DNA of 64,000 bases from Microcoleus sp. (lineage in GTDB: Bacteria > Cyanobacteriota > Cyanobacteriia > Cyanobacteriales > Microcoleaceae): NCBI GenBank assembly GCA_042408215.1, contig JAYFMW010000015.1:14669-78668 (forward strand). The letters run 5' to 3'. The position numbers were made by a program, and so were the translations under genes. The notes under the pieces were generated by a model that had not been told where the DNA came from, did no database searches, and worked only from the letters and a program-made list of their open reading frames with translations. This document shows, piece by piece, positions 37,408 through 48,282 of this stretch. Positions within the stretch are counted from its first letter, which is position 1. Each line of letters starts with the position of its first letter.

Positions 37408-39477
37408 GTGATAAAATTGAGTCTGTCTTTGCCGCTAACCTCATTAATATTGGGTTGTAATTTGTTAATATTAGCTCCGGTCTTGGGGCAAGCAAATATT
37501 GCCGAGCCTCCAGAACCCGAATTTCAAACAACTATAAATGCAAACTTGCCAGAGAAGAATGAGGCTACTGAGCAAGTTATTAGATTGGCAGAAACTCCAG
37601 GTGTTGCGGTTGCATCAACTGATGAAATTAACACGACTAACGAAACTCTGCGTCCATCACCTGTAACAACTTTCAACTCCAATGATTTTGGGGAAGAATC
37701 CCAAGACTTGTCGGTTAGTAATATTGAATCCGCGAATATCCCCCCAACCTCTATTGAAAAGGATGAGGGCTATGTTCCCTCCTTTTTAAGCCCGATTGAA
37801 GGTGAGAAAGTTAGGGGCGATCGAGTCTTGTCCGAGAAGTATTGGGAAGAATTATTGAGTAATTCAAATGCGATTTCTCGCACCTTGGAAAACCCAGTAG
37901 CTTCTGGTAATAGCTTGACCTCAGTCAACTCTAATGATGAACCTCAAGTCCAAGAAATTCCTGCTAATCAATTACAGTCGCCCCAACTATATAGCCAACC
38001 ACCAGATGTTATGGAGGAAGTTACCAGTGTCACAGATTTGCGAGATGTTAGTCCTGGGGATTGGGCTTATGAAGCGCTGCGAAGCTTGGTAGAAAAATAT
38101 CGTTGCATTGCTGGTTCTGGCCAAGGTAATTTCGAGGGTAATCGTGCTATAAACCGTTATGAATTTGCTGCTGCATTGAATAGTTGCTTGATAAAGATTG
38201 GGCGTACAATTTATAGCTTGAGCAATACATTCCCGGATCGAGAAGAGTTGGCAGTTGTACAAAGGCTACAAGCAGAGTTTGCTACAGAACTGAAAACCCT
38301 CACCGCTCAAATAGATAATTTAGAACAGCGAGTAACCTCTCTAAACGACAATCAGTTTAGCACTACTACAGTGCTCCGGGGAACAGTAGATTTTAATTTA
38401 ATTAGTGCTTTTGGAGACCAGAAAGCTGTTTCTTCTGGGGAAAAGCCAAGGGACGATTTGAATGAAAATCTCACCTTATCAACGCGGATAAATCTCAACT
38501 TTGATACCAGTTTTACAGGTCGAGACAGATTACGCACTAGCATTCGGGCGGGAAATGTCAGCAATTTTGGTAGTAGTATTACTGGAACAGATATGACTCG
38601 CCTGATTGGTGCCGTTGACACTACCAATAATGTTAGGCTAGGCTCGTTGTTTTATGAGTTTCCTATAGGTAAACGTGGTAAAGTAGCGATCGCACCTCTT
38701 GCAGACTTTCCTACTCGCATTTTCCCTGCACTTAATCCTGTTTCTTCTATTTCTAATTTTGGTGCTGAAAGTCCTATCTATTCGTTTGCTTTTGGTACTG
38801 GTGCTGTAGTTTATTATAATTTTACTGATAAAATTGCCGCTGGTGTCAGTTATTTAACTACGAGTGGTAGCAATCCAGTTGAGGGACTATTTGGCGGTCA
38901 ATATACTGCTTTAACTCAGTTAACTTATACTCCATCTAATCGGTTAGCGATCGCTTTTACCTACGGTCATTACTACGCTTTGGGTTCAAGTGTTAATGTA
39001 ACTGGGGGTAAGGGCAGTAGATTTGCTCAGTTGCCTTTTGGAGGAAGTACGGCGACTTCTTCTAATGCTTATGGCTTACAATCTACTTATAAGTTGAGCA
39101 ATAAGTTGATTTTAGGCGCTTGGGTTAGCTATTTTAATGCTAGGGCTGAGTCTTCGCCTCGCGTTAATGGTTTAGATGGTTCACAGGGATCTAGTGCGGA
39201 CATCTGGAGTTGGGCCGTTACTGCGGTAGTGCCAGATTTGGGTAAGTTGGGGAGTCAGTTAAATTTTGTCTTTGGTATGCCTCCGAAGGTTACAAGTAAT
39301 GATGTTTCTTCTCGCTTAGACCGCGATAGTTCGCTGCATTTTGAGCTATCTTATCGTTATCCACTTACTAACAACATATTTCTTACTCCGGGAGTTTTGT
39401 TGATTACTAATCCCGATCATAATGCTGCTAATGATAGTATTTGGATTGGCTTATTCCGAACTACTTTTACGTTTTAA
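37408..39477 (+). CDS. Cyanobacterial outer-membrane porin (SLH + OprB-like barrel) with long acidic N-terminal linker
   Basis: VTSVTDLRDVSPGDWAYEAL, RYEFAAALN, QFSTTT, FDTSFTGRDRL, C-terminal RTTFTF. Confidence 0.93.
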   Translation: MIKLSLSLPLTSLILGCNLLILAPVLGQANIAEPPEPEFQTTINANLPEKNEATEQVIRLAETPGVAVASTDEINTTNETLRPSPVTTFNSNDFGEESQDLSVSNIESANIPPTSIEKDEGYVPSFLSPIEGEKVRGDRVLSEKYWEELLSNSNAISRTLENPVASGNSLTSVNSNDEPQVQEIPANQLQSPQLYSQPPDVMEEVTSVTDLRDVSPGDWAYEALRSLVEKYRCIAGSGQGNFEGNRAINRYEFAAALNSCLIKIGRTIYSLSNTFPDREELAVVQRLQAEFATELKTLTAQIDNLEQRVTSLNDNQFSTTTVLRGTVDFNLISAFGDQKAVSSGEKPRDDLNENLTLSTRINLNFDTSFTGRDRLRTSIRAGNVSNFGSSITGTDMTRLIGAVDTTNNVRLGSLFYEFPIGKRGKVAIAPLADFPTRIFPALNPVSSISNFGAESPIYSFAFGTGAVVYYNFTDKIAAGVSYLTTSGSNPVEGLFGGQYTALTQLTYTPSNRLAIAFTYGHYYALGSSVNVTGGKGSRFAQLPFGGSTATSSNAYGLQSTYKLSNKLILGAWVSYFNARAESSPRVNGLDGSQGSSADIWSWAVTAVVPDLGKLGSQLNFVFGMPPKVTSNDVSSRLDRDSSLHFELSYRYPLTNNIFLTPGVLLITNPDHNAANDSIWIGLFRTTFTF

Positions 39478-39479
39478 TT

Positions 39480-39677
39480 TCAACCAAAGCGTTGCAAATG
39501 CTGAATTTCGATAGTCGCTACAGCGGCGAGTTCTCCTGCTACTCGTTCATGGGTTCCTGTTGGTTGCATTTGGACAGCTACTCTATCACGTAATTCAAAG
39601 CGGTCGTAACCGTCTGGATACCAGTCCATAAAATCTTCTAAGGTAATTGTCATTAATTTTGGTAGGGCTTAAATCAT
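39480..39677 (-). pseudogene. Uma2-family endonuclease 5' fragment
   Basis: MI*ALPKLMTITLEDFMDWYPDGYDRFELRD...MQPTGTHERVAGEL, then a stop. Confidence 0.65.
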
Positions 39678-39794
39678 CTGTCATTCCTTCGAGCGTTGAT
39701 GTCTTTTATTTTACCGACTGGGAGGGCGGCTCAAATGTTTAGCGCGCCCTGAGAGAGGTTGAACAATCAACATTGTACCTATACGCTCGGATGA

Positions 39795-39944
39795 AACTTG
39801 ACTATTAATTCAATTCAGATGCCACAACTTGACTATTAAATCAATCCAGTCTTTGTTAAAAACGCTAAAAAATCACTAATTTTTGTGGAGCGCTAAAGTC
39901 AGGCAAGTGCCGTATAAAGTCAGGTATTTGCAGTATAAAATCAG
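39795..39944. repeat. Two sets of direct repeats (iteron/operator-like)
   Basis: AACTTGACTATTAAWTCAATYCAG at 39795 and 39826; TAAARTCAG at 39894, 39915 and 39936 (21 bp period). Confidence 0.6.
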
Positions 39945-40469
39945 TGAGATTACAGGCATTTGCAGGGGCTGCACTCTACCTGTATTTACCCGAAAATATC
40001 CTGCTTTCCGTCTGAATTTTTCTGTCAAATTGCTGCTTTTTTGTGCTGTTCGTGCCTTTGCTTGTTGAGGCTGCTTTTGGCTGTTCTCTCTCGGTAGCAA
40101 GCAATGTTTTTGCGATCGCAAACCCTGACTAATGCGTGCCGACAAAAAATAATACACCCTCATGAATGGGGAATCCTAGGTGTCAAGTAGCTTGATTTTT
40201 ACCCGATATCCAACTGTGCCGATTGCTCGCATTGCTCCTGCTGTTGTGGCGGCTTTTGTGGCAGCACAGGCATCAATTGCCACAACTTTCCCATCGCGCC
40301 TGGGTAGCGATCGCTCGCATTGTTCGCTCTCTTGTTAACCAGCCCTCGCCGTCAGACGTTTAATCGTCCTTCCACTGCGATCGCCTCCCAAGCCAGAATT
40401 TATACAAACAAATTAAATTAAGTTAGAGTTGGGTAGGGGTCAGTCTCACTTTGATAAACCCTCTAATAG

Positions 40470-40545
40470 CCCTCTCCAATTGGAGGGGATAAAATCACCT
40501 GATTAGCGGTTTTTAATTACAGTTGTTAACTTGTATCTTGGCAAG
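40470..40545. other. Candidate oriT
   Basis: Hairpin CCCTCTCCAATTGGAGGGG followed by TATCTTG (resembles MOBP nic YATCCTG) 27 bp upstream of mobC. Confidence 0.4.
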
Positions 40546-40567
40546 AGGTTTTTACTGATTAAAAACT

Positions 40568-40969
40568 ATGAAAACTTTATCGGAAGTCAAACCTAGAGAG
40601 CTGCTATCCAACCATATTCACATTCGCCTCACTGACTCTGACTACAATCAAATTAAAGCCAGAGCAGAGCAAGTAAATTTAAGCATGAGCGACTTCATGC
40701 GCCGTGCAGCATTGAAGAGAGCCATGCCGCGCCCTCTAGCTGCATTTGAATTAAAAGCCTATCAAGTTTTGTGCAAGATTGATGCCCAATTTAGAATTGC
40801 AGGAAACAACCTCAATCAGATTGCTAAAGCTTGCAATAGTGCTGTAATATTGGGAGAACCAGTTGTTGTCAATACAGGACTCTTAGAAAGCGTACAGCGA
40901 CTCATTCGAGAAAACGGGAAGGCAATTAAAACAATAGTTGCAAACCTCGCCAAATCTACAGTACGCTAA
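40568..40969 (+). CDS. mobC: Relaxosome accessory protein MobC
   Basis: RHH-like IRLTDSDY...LSMSDFMRRAAL; IAGNNLNQIAK. Confidence 0.9.
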   Translation: MKTLSEVKPRELLSNHIHIRLTDSDYNQIKARAEQVNLSMSDFMRRAALKRAMPRPLAAFELKAYQVLCKIDAQFRIAGNNLNQIAKACNSAVILGEPVVVNTGLLESVQRLIRENGKAIKTIVANLAKSTVR

Positions 40970-41034
40970 TTATTAACAAGCCTGGGCTTTACCGCCTGAG
41001 CAATCGATTCTGTGCAACTGACGGCTTTTCGGTT

Positions 41035-41886
41035 ATGATCGGCAAACAAATCAAAGGTACAGGCTTTAGGGGCTGTTTGAACTACGTGCTGGGCAAAAAA
41101 GACGCTTATCTGATTGGCGGCACTATGTGCGGACAGACTCCTGAAGAACTTGCTGCTGAATTTGCGATCGCCCGACAACTAAGACCTAACCTGAAAGTAG
41201 CAGTTTTTCACGCCACTTTATCTGTCGATCGCACCGAGAGACTGGAAGATTCTGAAGAGAATGACCAGCGCTGGCTGGCGATCGCAGCCAACTACATGAA
41301 AGCGATGGAATTTGACAACAACCAGTACGCAGTTGTCAAGCACAGCGATACAGAACACGACCACATTCACATCGTCGCCAGTCGCATTCGCCTAGATGGA
41401 AGTGTCGTTGACGATAGCTGGGATTATTACACAAGCCAAGAAACTATTCGCCAGCTCGAACAGGACTATAATCTAGAAATTGTCGCGCCGAGTTGGGAAA
41501 CAGACAAGCGAGCTCCGACTACAGGAGAACACAGGCACTTACAAAGCAAGGGAAACAAGAGCGTCAGGGTGCAATTACAAGACCTAATTGATGAAGTTAC
41601 CCAAGATAACTCAACTATGCCAGAATTCGTTGAGCGGTTGCAGCAACAAGGCGTAGAGGTGCAAGTCAGACTGACTCGAACTGGGTTCAGTAAAGGGATT
41701 TCTTACAACTTAAATGGAGTCGCTTTCAGCGGCACTCAGTTGGGTAAAGCTTACACTTTTTATGGATTGCAGAAGCATCGAGGCGTTAGCTATGACAAAG
41801 GGCGAGATAACGCCTTAATTGAGGCTTTAATGCAGCCACAAATTTTAGCTATTGCCCCCAGCGAGGGTTACGTTTTCTCGTACTAA
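41035..41886 (+). CDS. MOBP-type relaxase (probably C-terminally truncated)
   Basis: GFRGCLNYV (catalytic Tyr), VFHATLS, KHSDTEHDHIHIVASR (3H motif). Confidence 0.9.
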   Translation: MIGKQIKGTGFRGCLNYVLGKKDAYLIGGTMCGQTPEELAAEFAIARQLRPNLKVAVFHATLSVDRTERLEDSEENDQRWLAIAANYMKAMEFDNNQYAVVKHSDTEHDHIHIVASRIRLDGSVVDDSWDYYTSQETIRQLEQDYNLEIVAPSWETDKRAPTTGEHRHLQSKGNKSVRVQLQDLIDEVTQDNSTMPEFVERLQQQGVEVQVRLTRTGFSKGISYNLNGVAFSGTQLGKAYTFYGLQKHRGVSYDKGRDNALIEALMQPQILAIAPSEGYVFSY

Positions 41887-42028
41887 ATTTCACGAAAAAA
41901 ACAAATTTATGAGCGCTGTCGCGCCCAAAAATAAAGCATCGGACAAAAAAATAGAACTATCACAAACCTACACCTATTACTTCAATATTTTAACCTGCGT
42001 CCACCAAACATAAAACGAACTGTACATC

Positions 42029-42265
42029 ATGGGCATAAAAACAACACTTGTACTAAATTTTCAACAAACAAGCTATCAAACGCTCGACCAAATAATCCAC
42101 GCTCTACGACTTGTGAGAGACCAAAAAGTCCAAGAGAGAAAGTCAATTATCGAGCAAGAACTGCTGGGATTAAACTTCCAAATTCCTCACGAAAGCAGCA
42201 ACCGTAGCAACAACGACAGCAGCAACGGCAGCAACAAAAACTGCGAGCTAAAAATCGACTGGTAA
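42029..42265 (+). CDS. Hypothetical protein
   Basis: 78 aa ORF co-oriented with the mob genes; low-complexity AGCAAC repeats. Confidence 0.4.
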   Translation: MGIKTTLVLNFQQTSYQTLDQIIHALRLVRDQKVQERKSIIEQELLGLNFQIPHESSNRSNNDSSNGSNKNCELKIDW

Positions 42266-42332
42266 TTCAATTATGCCGGAGAGACAAGTTTGTTTCTCCG
42301 GCAGCCGCAAACATCTTTCACCACATTCAAAA

Positions 42333-42609
42333 ATGGCAAACAAAATGGCAGGATACCTGTATCTTCTGCACTTTGAAAAGCCGATATGTTCAACTCATCC
42401 AGCCCAACACTACGTCGGCTGGACAATCATATTTGGACGAAAGGCTTTGGAAACATAAAAAAGGCAGAGGTGCTAAATTTTGCGCCGCTGCCCGAGAACG
42501 CGGAATAAACTTTGTCTTGGCAGAATGCTGGGTTGCAGACAAAAGTTTTGAGAGGAGAATCAAAAGGCAAAAAAACCACAAACGTTTTTGCCCTCTTTGC
42601 AAAAACTGA
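42333..42609 (+). pseudogene. Small GIY-YIG-like nuclease, frameshifted
   Basis: YLYLLHF...QHYVGWT in one frame joins LDERLWKHKKGRGAKF...ERRIK...CPLC in another; shift near 42425. Confidence 0.65.
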
Positions 42610-42775
42610 ACTGAAAGGAAAAATCAGCTTTTTTGTAGGAAATGCAATCCCACTAGGACGAAACATAACAGTTTTCAAACATTGTGAGATACAGTTGACC
42701 GATTACCTTTTTCCCCATTACCAAGAAGCCAATTTTCCGATCTACACCGCTTTCATTAGCTTGCATAAATAGTTG

Positions 42776-42818
42776 CAACTGGGTGTTAAGTTTCGTACTT
42801 AAACTCAACACCCAGTTG
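42776..42818. terminator. Long hairpin between convergent genes
   Basis: CAACTGGGTGTTAAGTTT-cgtactt-AAACTCAACACCCAGTTG. Confidence 0.5.
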
Positions 42819-42911
42819 TTTGTGCGTAATTCCTGTATCTATTAGACATCTCCCATAAGGATTGTGGAACAGGCCCAACGGCCTGTTCTGAACTGTCTTT
42901 TTGGGAGATAT

Positions 42912-43958
42912 CTATTGCTTTCGCCAATGCGCCTCCACCCCTCGTCCCCGACATTGCAAATGCCCAGCATCTCTTTCCCGGCGCAATAGACGGCGAATCA
43001 AATCAATTCCCACTGTTGGACACCGTTCCTGCAATTCCCTAATCGAGAATTCTTGAGGCAAATTGTTAATCGCATCCAATACGATCGCCGTTTTAGTTCC
43101 TTTTGCAGAAGTAACATATCCCACCCGCTGCTCAAACTCCCGATAAGCTGATAGCAGCATGACTCCCAAGAAATACTCCCACCAAGGTAATAAGTTATGC
43201 TGCCCTTCATGCCATCCTTGGGAAGATTGGTAAAGCGTATCATAATAGCTTTCCTTAGTTCTCTCCACAATCCGTTCCAAACTAATAAATTGCCCTACCT
43301 CATAACCAGCTTTGTATAGCAGCAACAAAGTCAGCAACCTTGCCATTCGCCCGTTTCCATCTAAAAAGGGATGAATGCATAAGAAATCCAAAATATAAGT
43401 TGGAATCAGCAATAAAGGTTCTATTTCGCCCGATTCCCAGAGGCGATTAAACCGTTCTTGCAGGCGTTCCATTGCCGCAGGAGTAGCATAAGCGGGAGTA
43501 GGTTGAAACCTCACCACTTTAGTCCCGTCAGGATAAGTAGCGCTAATTTCATTATCCACTGTTTTCCAGCGCCCGCCTGTATTAACAGCAAATTGGTAAA
43601 GGTCGCGGTGCAGTTGTAAAATCACCCCTGTACTAAAAGGAATGTGGGTATAACTGGTGTGAATTGTAGTTAGCACGTCCCGATAACCCGCAATTTCTTG
43701 TTCTGAACGATCGCGCGGCGTTGTTTTTTCTGTTACTAATTTCTTAATCCGTTCTAGTGGCACTGTAATGCCTTCAATGCGGTTAGAAGATTCGGTGCTC
43801 TGAATAACCGCAGCTTGGCGCAAAGTGCCTAAAACTTGGGGGGCTTGTTGTTTGAATAACTCTTGCTTTCCCTTGTACTCTCCAAGCAAACGAATTGTTT
43901 GCAGAAGTCTTTGGTTGAGCTGTTGACTTTCAATGAACCCCTTTTCAAATGACAGCAT
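42912..43958 (-). CDS. Fic-domain protein
   Basis: Canonical HPFLDGNGRMAR; STESSNRIEG inhibitory-helix motif. Confidence 0.95.
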   Translation of the reverse strand: MLSFEKGFIESQQLNQRLLQTIRLLGEYKGKQELFKQQAPQVLGTLRQAAVIQSTESSNRIEGITVPLERIKKLVTEKTTPRDRSEQEIAGYRDVLTTIHTSYTHIPFSTGVILQLHRDLYQFAVNTGGRWKTVDNEISATYPDGTKVVRFQPTPAYATPAAMERLQERFNRLWESGEIEPLLLIPTYILDFLCIHPFLDGNGRMARLLTLLLLYKAGYEVGQFISLERIVERTKESYYDTLYQSSQGWHEGQHNLLPWWEYFLGVMLLSAYREFEQRVGYVTSAKGTKTAIVLDAINNLPQEFSIRELQERCPTVGIDLIRRLLRRERDAGHLQCRGRGVEAHWRKQ

Positions 43959-44105
43959 ATCTATTTTTTATCCTTTGTATTAATTATAAACATTTATCGC
44001 AGTCAATAACTCGGATATTGCGTGCGCTCGCATCAAAACTTTGAAAGCCGATCGCAAGCAGAACCGACGCCAAATCCAGATAAATAAGTAAGGCGATAGT
44101 TGCTT

Positions 44106-44999
44106 TTAGCCATAGCCTTCTACCGCCAGTAATTCTTTAGCTTCTTGATGCTTCCCTATTTCTAGGAGAAGATTCGCTTCTGTTGCTGTGGCTACAGCCC
44201 AACCTTGAATAGAAACATCAGCATTGAGCATGATTGCAGCATCTAATTCTGGGGTAGCTTGCATTGCTTGATTACTGAGAAATAGTCGCACTCTGGAAGC
44301 TGTTTTAATCGCAGCTCTCGGTGATTTATCAGGAAAACGAGAACGATCGTCAAGTTCAGCTTTTAAAGCAGCAATTTCTTTAATTAGCATTGCTTGATGA
44401 AGATGAGAAATAGCTTTGGCGAGGCTTCGTTGCTTTTGGCGGCTATCTTCTACCAATAAGTACAGATATGCTAATTGTCCAGAGATAATCTCTAAGCGAT
44501 TATCAACACGATTTAAACCAGCTTCAACCAAATTAAAGCCTGTTATTAAGCTATTATCAATACGATTTAAGCCAGCTTCAACTCGGTTAAAGCCTTCTTC
44601 CATTGACTGTTGAAGATGACCTAAACTTTTTTGTATTTGGTGCAGTTTATAGCCCATATAAGCAAAGCCAGCAATACTGACACCAAGGTTTAAAACACTT
44701 GCACCCGCTGCAATTTGAGTTATTCCCATTACTGAGGATAAGGTTTGTTCGATACCTATTAATTTATGATAGGTAAGCCCATGACCAATAATGTCAATTC
44801 CTCCCAAAATGGGGGAAAAGGGAATACCCATCAGTTTGTTAGTCAGTCCGGGAGTTTCAGCTAAATGGCGGACAATTTGACCAGCATTTTCTGTACCCGC
44901 AGCCCATCTAATAACGCTTCCGTAGCGTTGCATTGAGCCATTTAACAAACCTTGGATGATTTCGGGATTGTCAACTAAAAGAGTGGTATTAATTAACAT
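44106..44999 (-). CDS. Hypothetical membrane/coiled-coil protein in the dynamin operon (possibly truncated)
   Basis: Hydrophobic segment AAGASVLNLGVSIAGFAYMG followed by duplicated GFNxVEAGLNRxDN heptads. Confidence 0.65.
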   Translation of the reverse strand: MLINTTLLVDNPEIIQGLLNGSMQRYGSVIRWAAGTENAGQIVRHLAETPGLTNKLMGIPFSPILGGIDIIGHGLTYHKLIGIEQTLSSVMGITQIAAGASVLNLGVSIAGFAYMGYKLHQIQKSLGHLQQSMEEGFNRVEAGLNRIDNSLITGFNLVEAGLNRVDNRLEIISGQLAYLYLLVEDSRQKQRSLAKAISHLHQAMLIKEIAALKAELDDRSRFPDKSPRAAIKTASRVRLFLSNQAMQATPELDAAIMLNADVSIQGWAVATATEANLLLEIGKHQEAKELLAVEGYG

Positions 45000-45013
45000 T
45001 TGAATTACTATGT

Positions 45014-45736
45014 TTAGCGATTATAAACGTCAAAGTTTCCGTAGGCTTCCATTTGCAATCTAGGCGATATTTTCAACTTATTTACTAAATCAGCTAAGTT
45101 ACGAAAAGCGTCATATCTATCGAGTTGATTTACATTTGGATTAAATCCTTCATCAGCTTGATTTAGTTCAATATAGACTAAGTAAATTTCATATTCTGAT
45201 TCTTCTCCTTTTGATACTGAATACTGATTGATACTAGCTCTTCTTTGATTTAAATCAGTTTTAGAACCTAGCCATAAATATTTCGTGATTTCGTAAAGTG
45301 CTTCTCCATCACTAAAATCAATTCGTCTTTTTGTTTGGAGTGATTCAAGTAAATCTGCTTGTGACGCAGAAACTACTAAAACTAAATATTGTTTAGTAAT
45401 TCTTTGAGTTGGAGGAGCTTGAACTGTGGAAGATTGAGGATGAGGATAAGACTGTCTAGGTTCTTCTCTAGGAGTTGTCTGTGTCTGTTGTTGTCTTTGA
45501 ACTGTGCGCTCTTGAACTGTAGAAGATGGATGAAGATCGGGGTTATATTCTATAGATTCTTCCCTACGATTCGTCAGTAGTAATTGTTCCTCTTGTTGCT
45601 TTTTGAGATAATGTACTCCTGCCCCTGCTGCTCCTGCTCCTGCTAATAACCCTCCTACTGATCCTGCTACTGCTGTTCCTACTGCTACTGCTGTTCCTAC
45701 TACTACTGCTACTTCTAACAATTCCCTAGGCTCCAT
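45014..45736 (-). CDS. Hypothetical protein with Gly/Ala-rich N-terminal TM segment
   Basis: AGGAG RBS; VAVGTA repeats; Q/P-rich linker. Confidence 0.65.
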   Translation of the reverse strand: MEPRELLEVAVVVGTAVAVGTAVAGSVGGLLAGAGAAGAGVHYLKKQQEEQLLLTNRREESIEYNPDLHPSSTVQERTVQRQQQTQTTPREEPRQSYPHPQSSTVQAPPTQRITKQYLVLVVSASQADLLESLQTKRRIDFSDGEALYEITKYLWLGSKTDLNQRRASINQYSVSKGEESEYEIYLVYIELNQADEGFNPNVNQLDRYDAFRNLADLVNKLKISPRLQMEAYGNFDVYNR

Positions 45737-45774
45737 TTTTTAACTCCTGAATTTTACTATGTTTAAAACCTACT

Positions 45775-48282
45775 TTACTGACGACAATCTTCTGCTAACT
45801 TTTGACAAATTGCTGTTGCATTATCTTTTTGCACTTCAAAATCGCGCCAAAACTGTTTTTCCTGTTCAAAGTTATCCTCAATAAAACTTAATTGTTGTTG
45901 CAAAGCACGTTCAGCTAGATTGGTAATCTCATCAACGGATTCTTCAAAGATACTGCTAACATAATCTAATCGTTTGAAAATCCAGCCACATAAAATATCC
46001 CATAAACTTGCTTTGTTTTTCGCAATTCCACTTGACCATTGTTTTGCCATTAAGTCTGGAGAAGGAAGAAAAAGTTCAACATACTCGATATCTTCGTAAA
46101 TATTCCTAGTTACAGCTTCTTCGTAATTACGGGTTACGGGTCGTGTTTTTGTTCTCGTTTTCGTGCTAAAGAAACAAGAACCATCTTTATAAGATTCTGT
46201 ATAACTTTGATCTTCAGTTTTTGTGCGAGTTTCATATTCTGTTTTCGTACCAACTACTTCTCTTTGTTGGGAGCGATTTTGCTTAATAGCGTCTGGAAGC
46301 TCAAAAAACTTCTCCGGTAAAGTTGGCAAGTTTTGAGCTAACTTTTTGCGTAAATTACTGATGGCTGCTTTTTCAATATTAATCGCAGAAAAATTTGAGG
46401 CGGACAAACAAACTTTTAAGCTATTAACTTGTACATCAACTAATGATTCTAAAGCTTGTTCAAACTGTTGAGCTTTTCCTTGTAAAACAAACTCTGCTCT
46501 TTTGGTGATAGCTTCTCTCATATTGTAATACAGGATACGAACATAACGCTCATCATGTTCAAGTTCTTTTGTCCCTTTATCATCATCAGCTCTTACACGC
46601 TTAACTAAATATTCTGACTGTTGAGAAAATTTGCTGAGTCTTCGACTAACATTATCATAAGCTTTTGAAATATTATCCGCTAATGAAGGTAATGTGACTT
46701 CCCGTAGTTTATCTCTCAGTTCAAAAGCTCCTTGGTTCTTCTTAAGAGAATCGCGAACTGGAACAATTAGAACTTTGGTTAAGTCTCCTTCCACCTCAGC
46801 GACAGCATCAAAAATTATAGAAAACCCCTTACGTCCTTTTTTGTCAGCATCTTGTTTAATCTTAATCCGACTTTTAGGATCGTCGTTTTTCAATCCTTCT
46901 ATTAATTGCTCAATCTCGGTCTTAAATTCTTTCCCAAGTTTTTTGATGTTTTTTTGCAAGTCTTGACGAATTTGAGCAATCTTTTCTCTTTCTTGTTCAA
47001 CCTGTTCTTGATTATTAATCTTTCGTGTTTTAATCAGAATATCTAGATTATCTGACAAAGACTCATAGTTATTGAATACTTCCAACAACGCAGGAAGTAT
47101 TACCAGTTCAGCAAATGATTTTTGAACCCGTCTACGGAAGCAATCCCAAAGTTCTTTACCGCCACTCCATTCTAAAGAATAGTGGAGAATTTTTCGCAGG
47201 GTTTCATCATCAATAGCCTCATTGTCTTCAACTCGATCTTCAATATCACGAAACCAATTCTTTAAATCTCGGTTCTCTTTAGTATTTAACTTAATAACTC
47301 CTGCACAATCTTGAAACATAGCTTTAAGAAGTTTTAAGCGTAGTTCCTGATTTATCAGTGATGGTTCGTTAAAAGATCCTGAACCCCAAGCACACTGGGC
47401 ATAATATAAAATACGAGCATTAAAAGGGAGAACATCAGGAAGTTCTGGAAGTGATAAAACGTCTTTAATTTCTTCTCTTAATTTATCAACACGTACTGAC
47501 AAAGGTAAATCATCTGCTCCTCGGTTATCTACTCGATTTAAGATAAAAATCATCGAATCTGTGCGTCCCTGTAGGTATTCGACAATTTTCTTTAATTCTT
47601 CCAATAGGCGTTTTCTGTGGACATCATCTACCTGCATATAGTCCAAAGCTACTAAACTAAAAGCTTTATTAACTTGCTTTTGAATAGTTGCTAAGTTAGT
47701 CCGGTCTTGAACTGATTTCAATCCAGGTAAATCAATCAATTCAACTCCTATATTGTTTGGTAAACCCAGTAAAGAAGCATCACAAGCAGGTAAAATAGGA
47801 ACATAAGCTGTTAGTTGTGGCGCAACATATTCCCGTTTTTTCCGCGCATCGTGATAGGAGTGCATCACGGTGCGAATTCGCTGATATAAATCCTCATCAC
47901 TTAAGTTCGTCCATTCTCCAGTATCCCAAGCCGCATCCTCTGTTTCTGCAATTATTAATTTCTGTTCTTGGGAATGTTTGATGGTTAATACACCCCCACT
48001 CATTTCCCCTGCTTCAATAGGCGCAATTTTCCGACCAATAAGCGCATTAACAATCGTTGACTTTCCCGAGGAAGTTGTTCCCAGAGTAGCAATCCGAAAA
48101 CTAGGATTTTCTAGCCGTTGGACAGCTTCTTGATAAACAGTTAAAAAATCCTGTAGGGAAGATTGAATCCCTGAATCAGCAAAAACATCAGGGGACGAGT
48201 TGACTAAGCTAGAGACTGAAGTCCCTAATTATTGTAAGAGGTTGCGGGTGTTGTTTAACTTAGATTCAATATTTAGTTCCAC
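45775..48282 (-). pseudogene. Bacterial dynamin-like GTPase with an in-frame TAA at codon 18
   Basis: GTG at 48282 in frame with 45775..48003; TAA at 48229-48231; G1 GTTSSGKST lies upstream of the track's ATG; G3 DLPG, G4 NRVD; long coiled coils. Confidence 0.85.
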
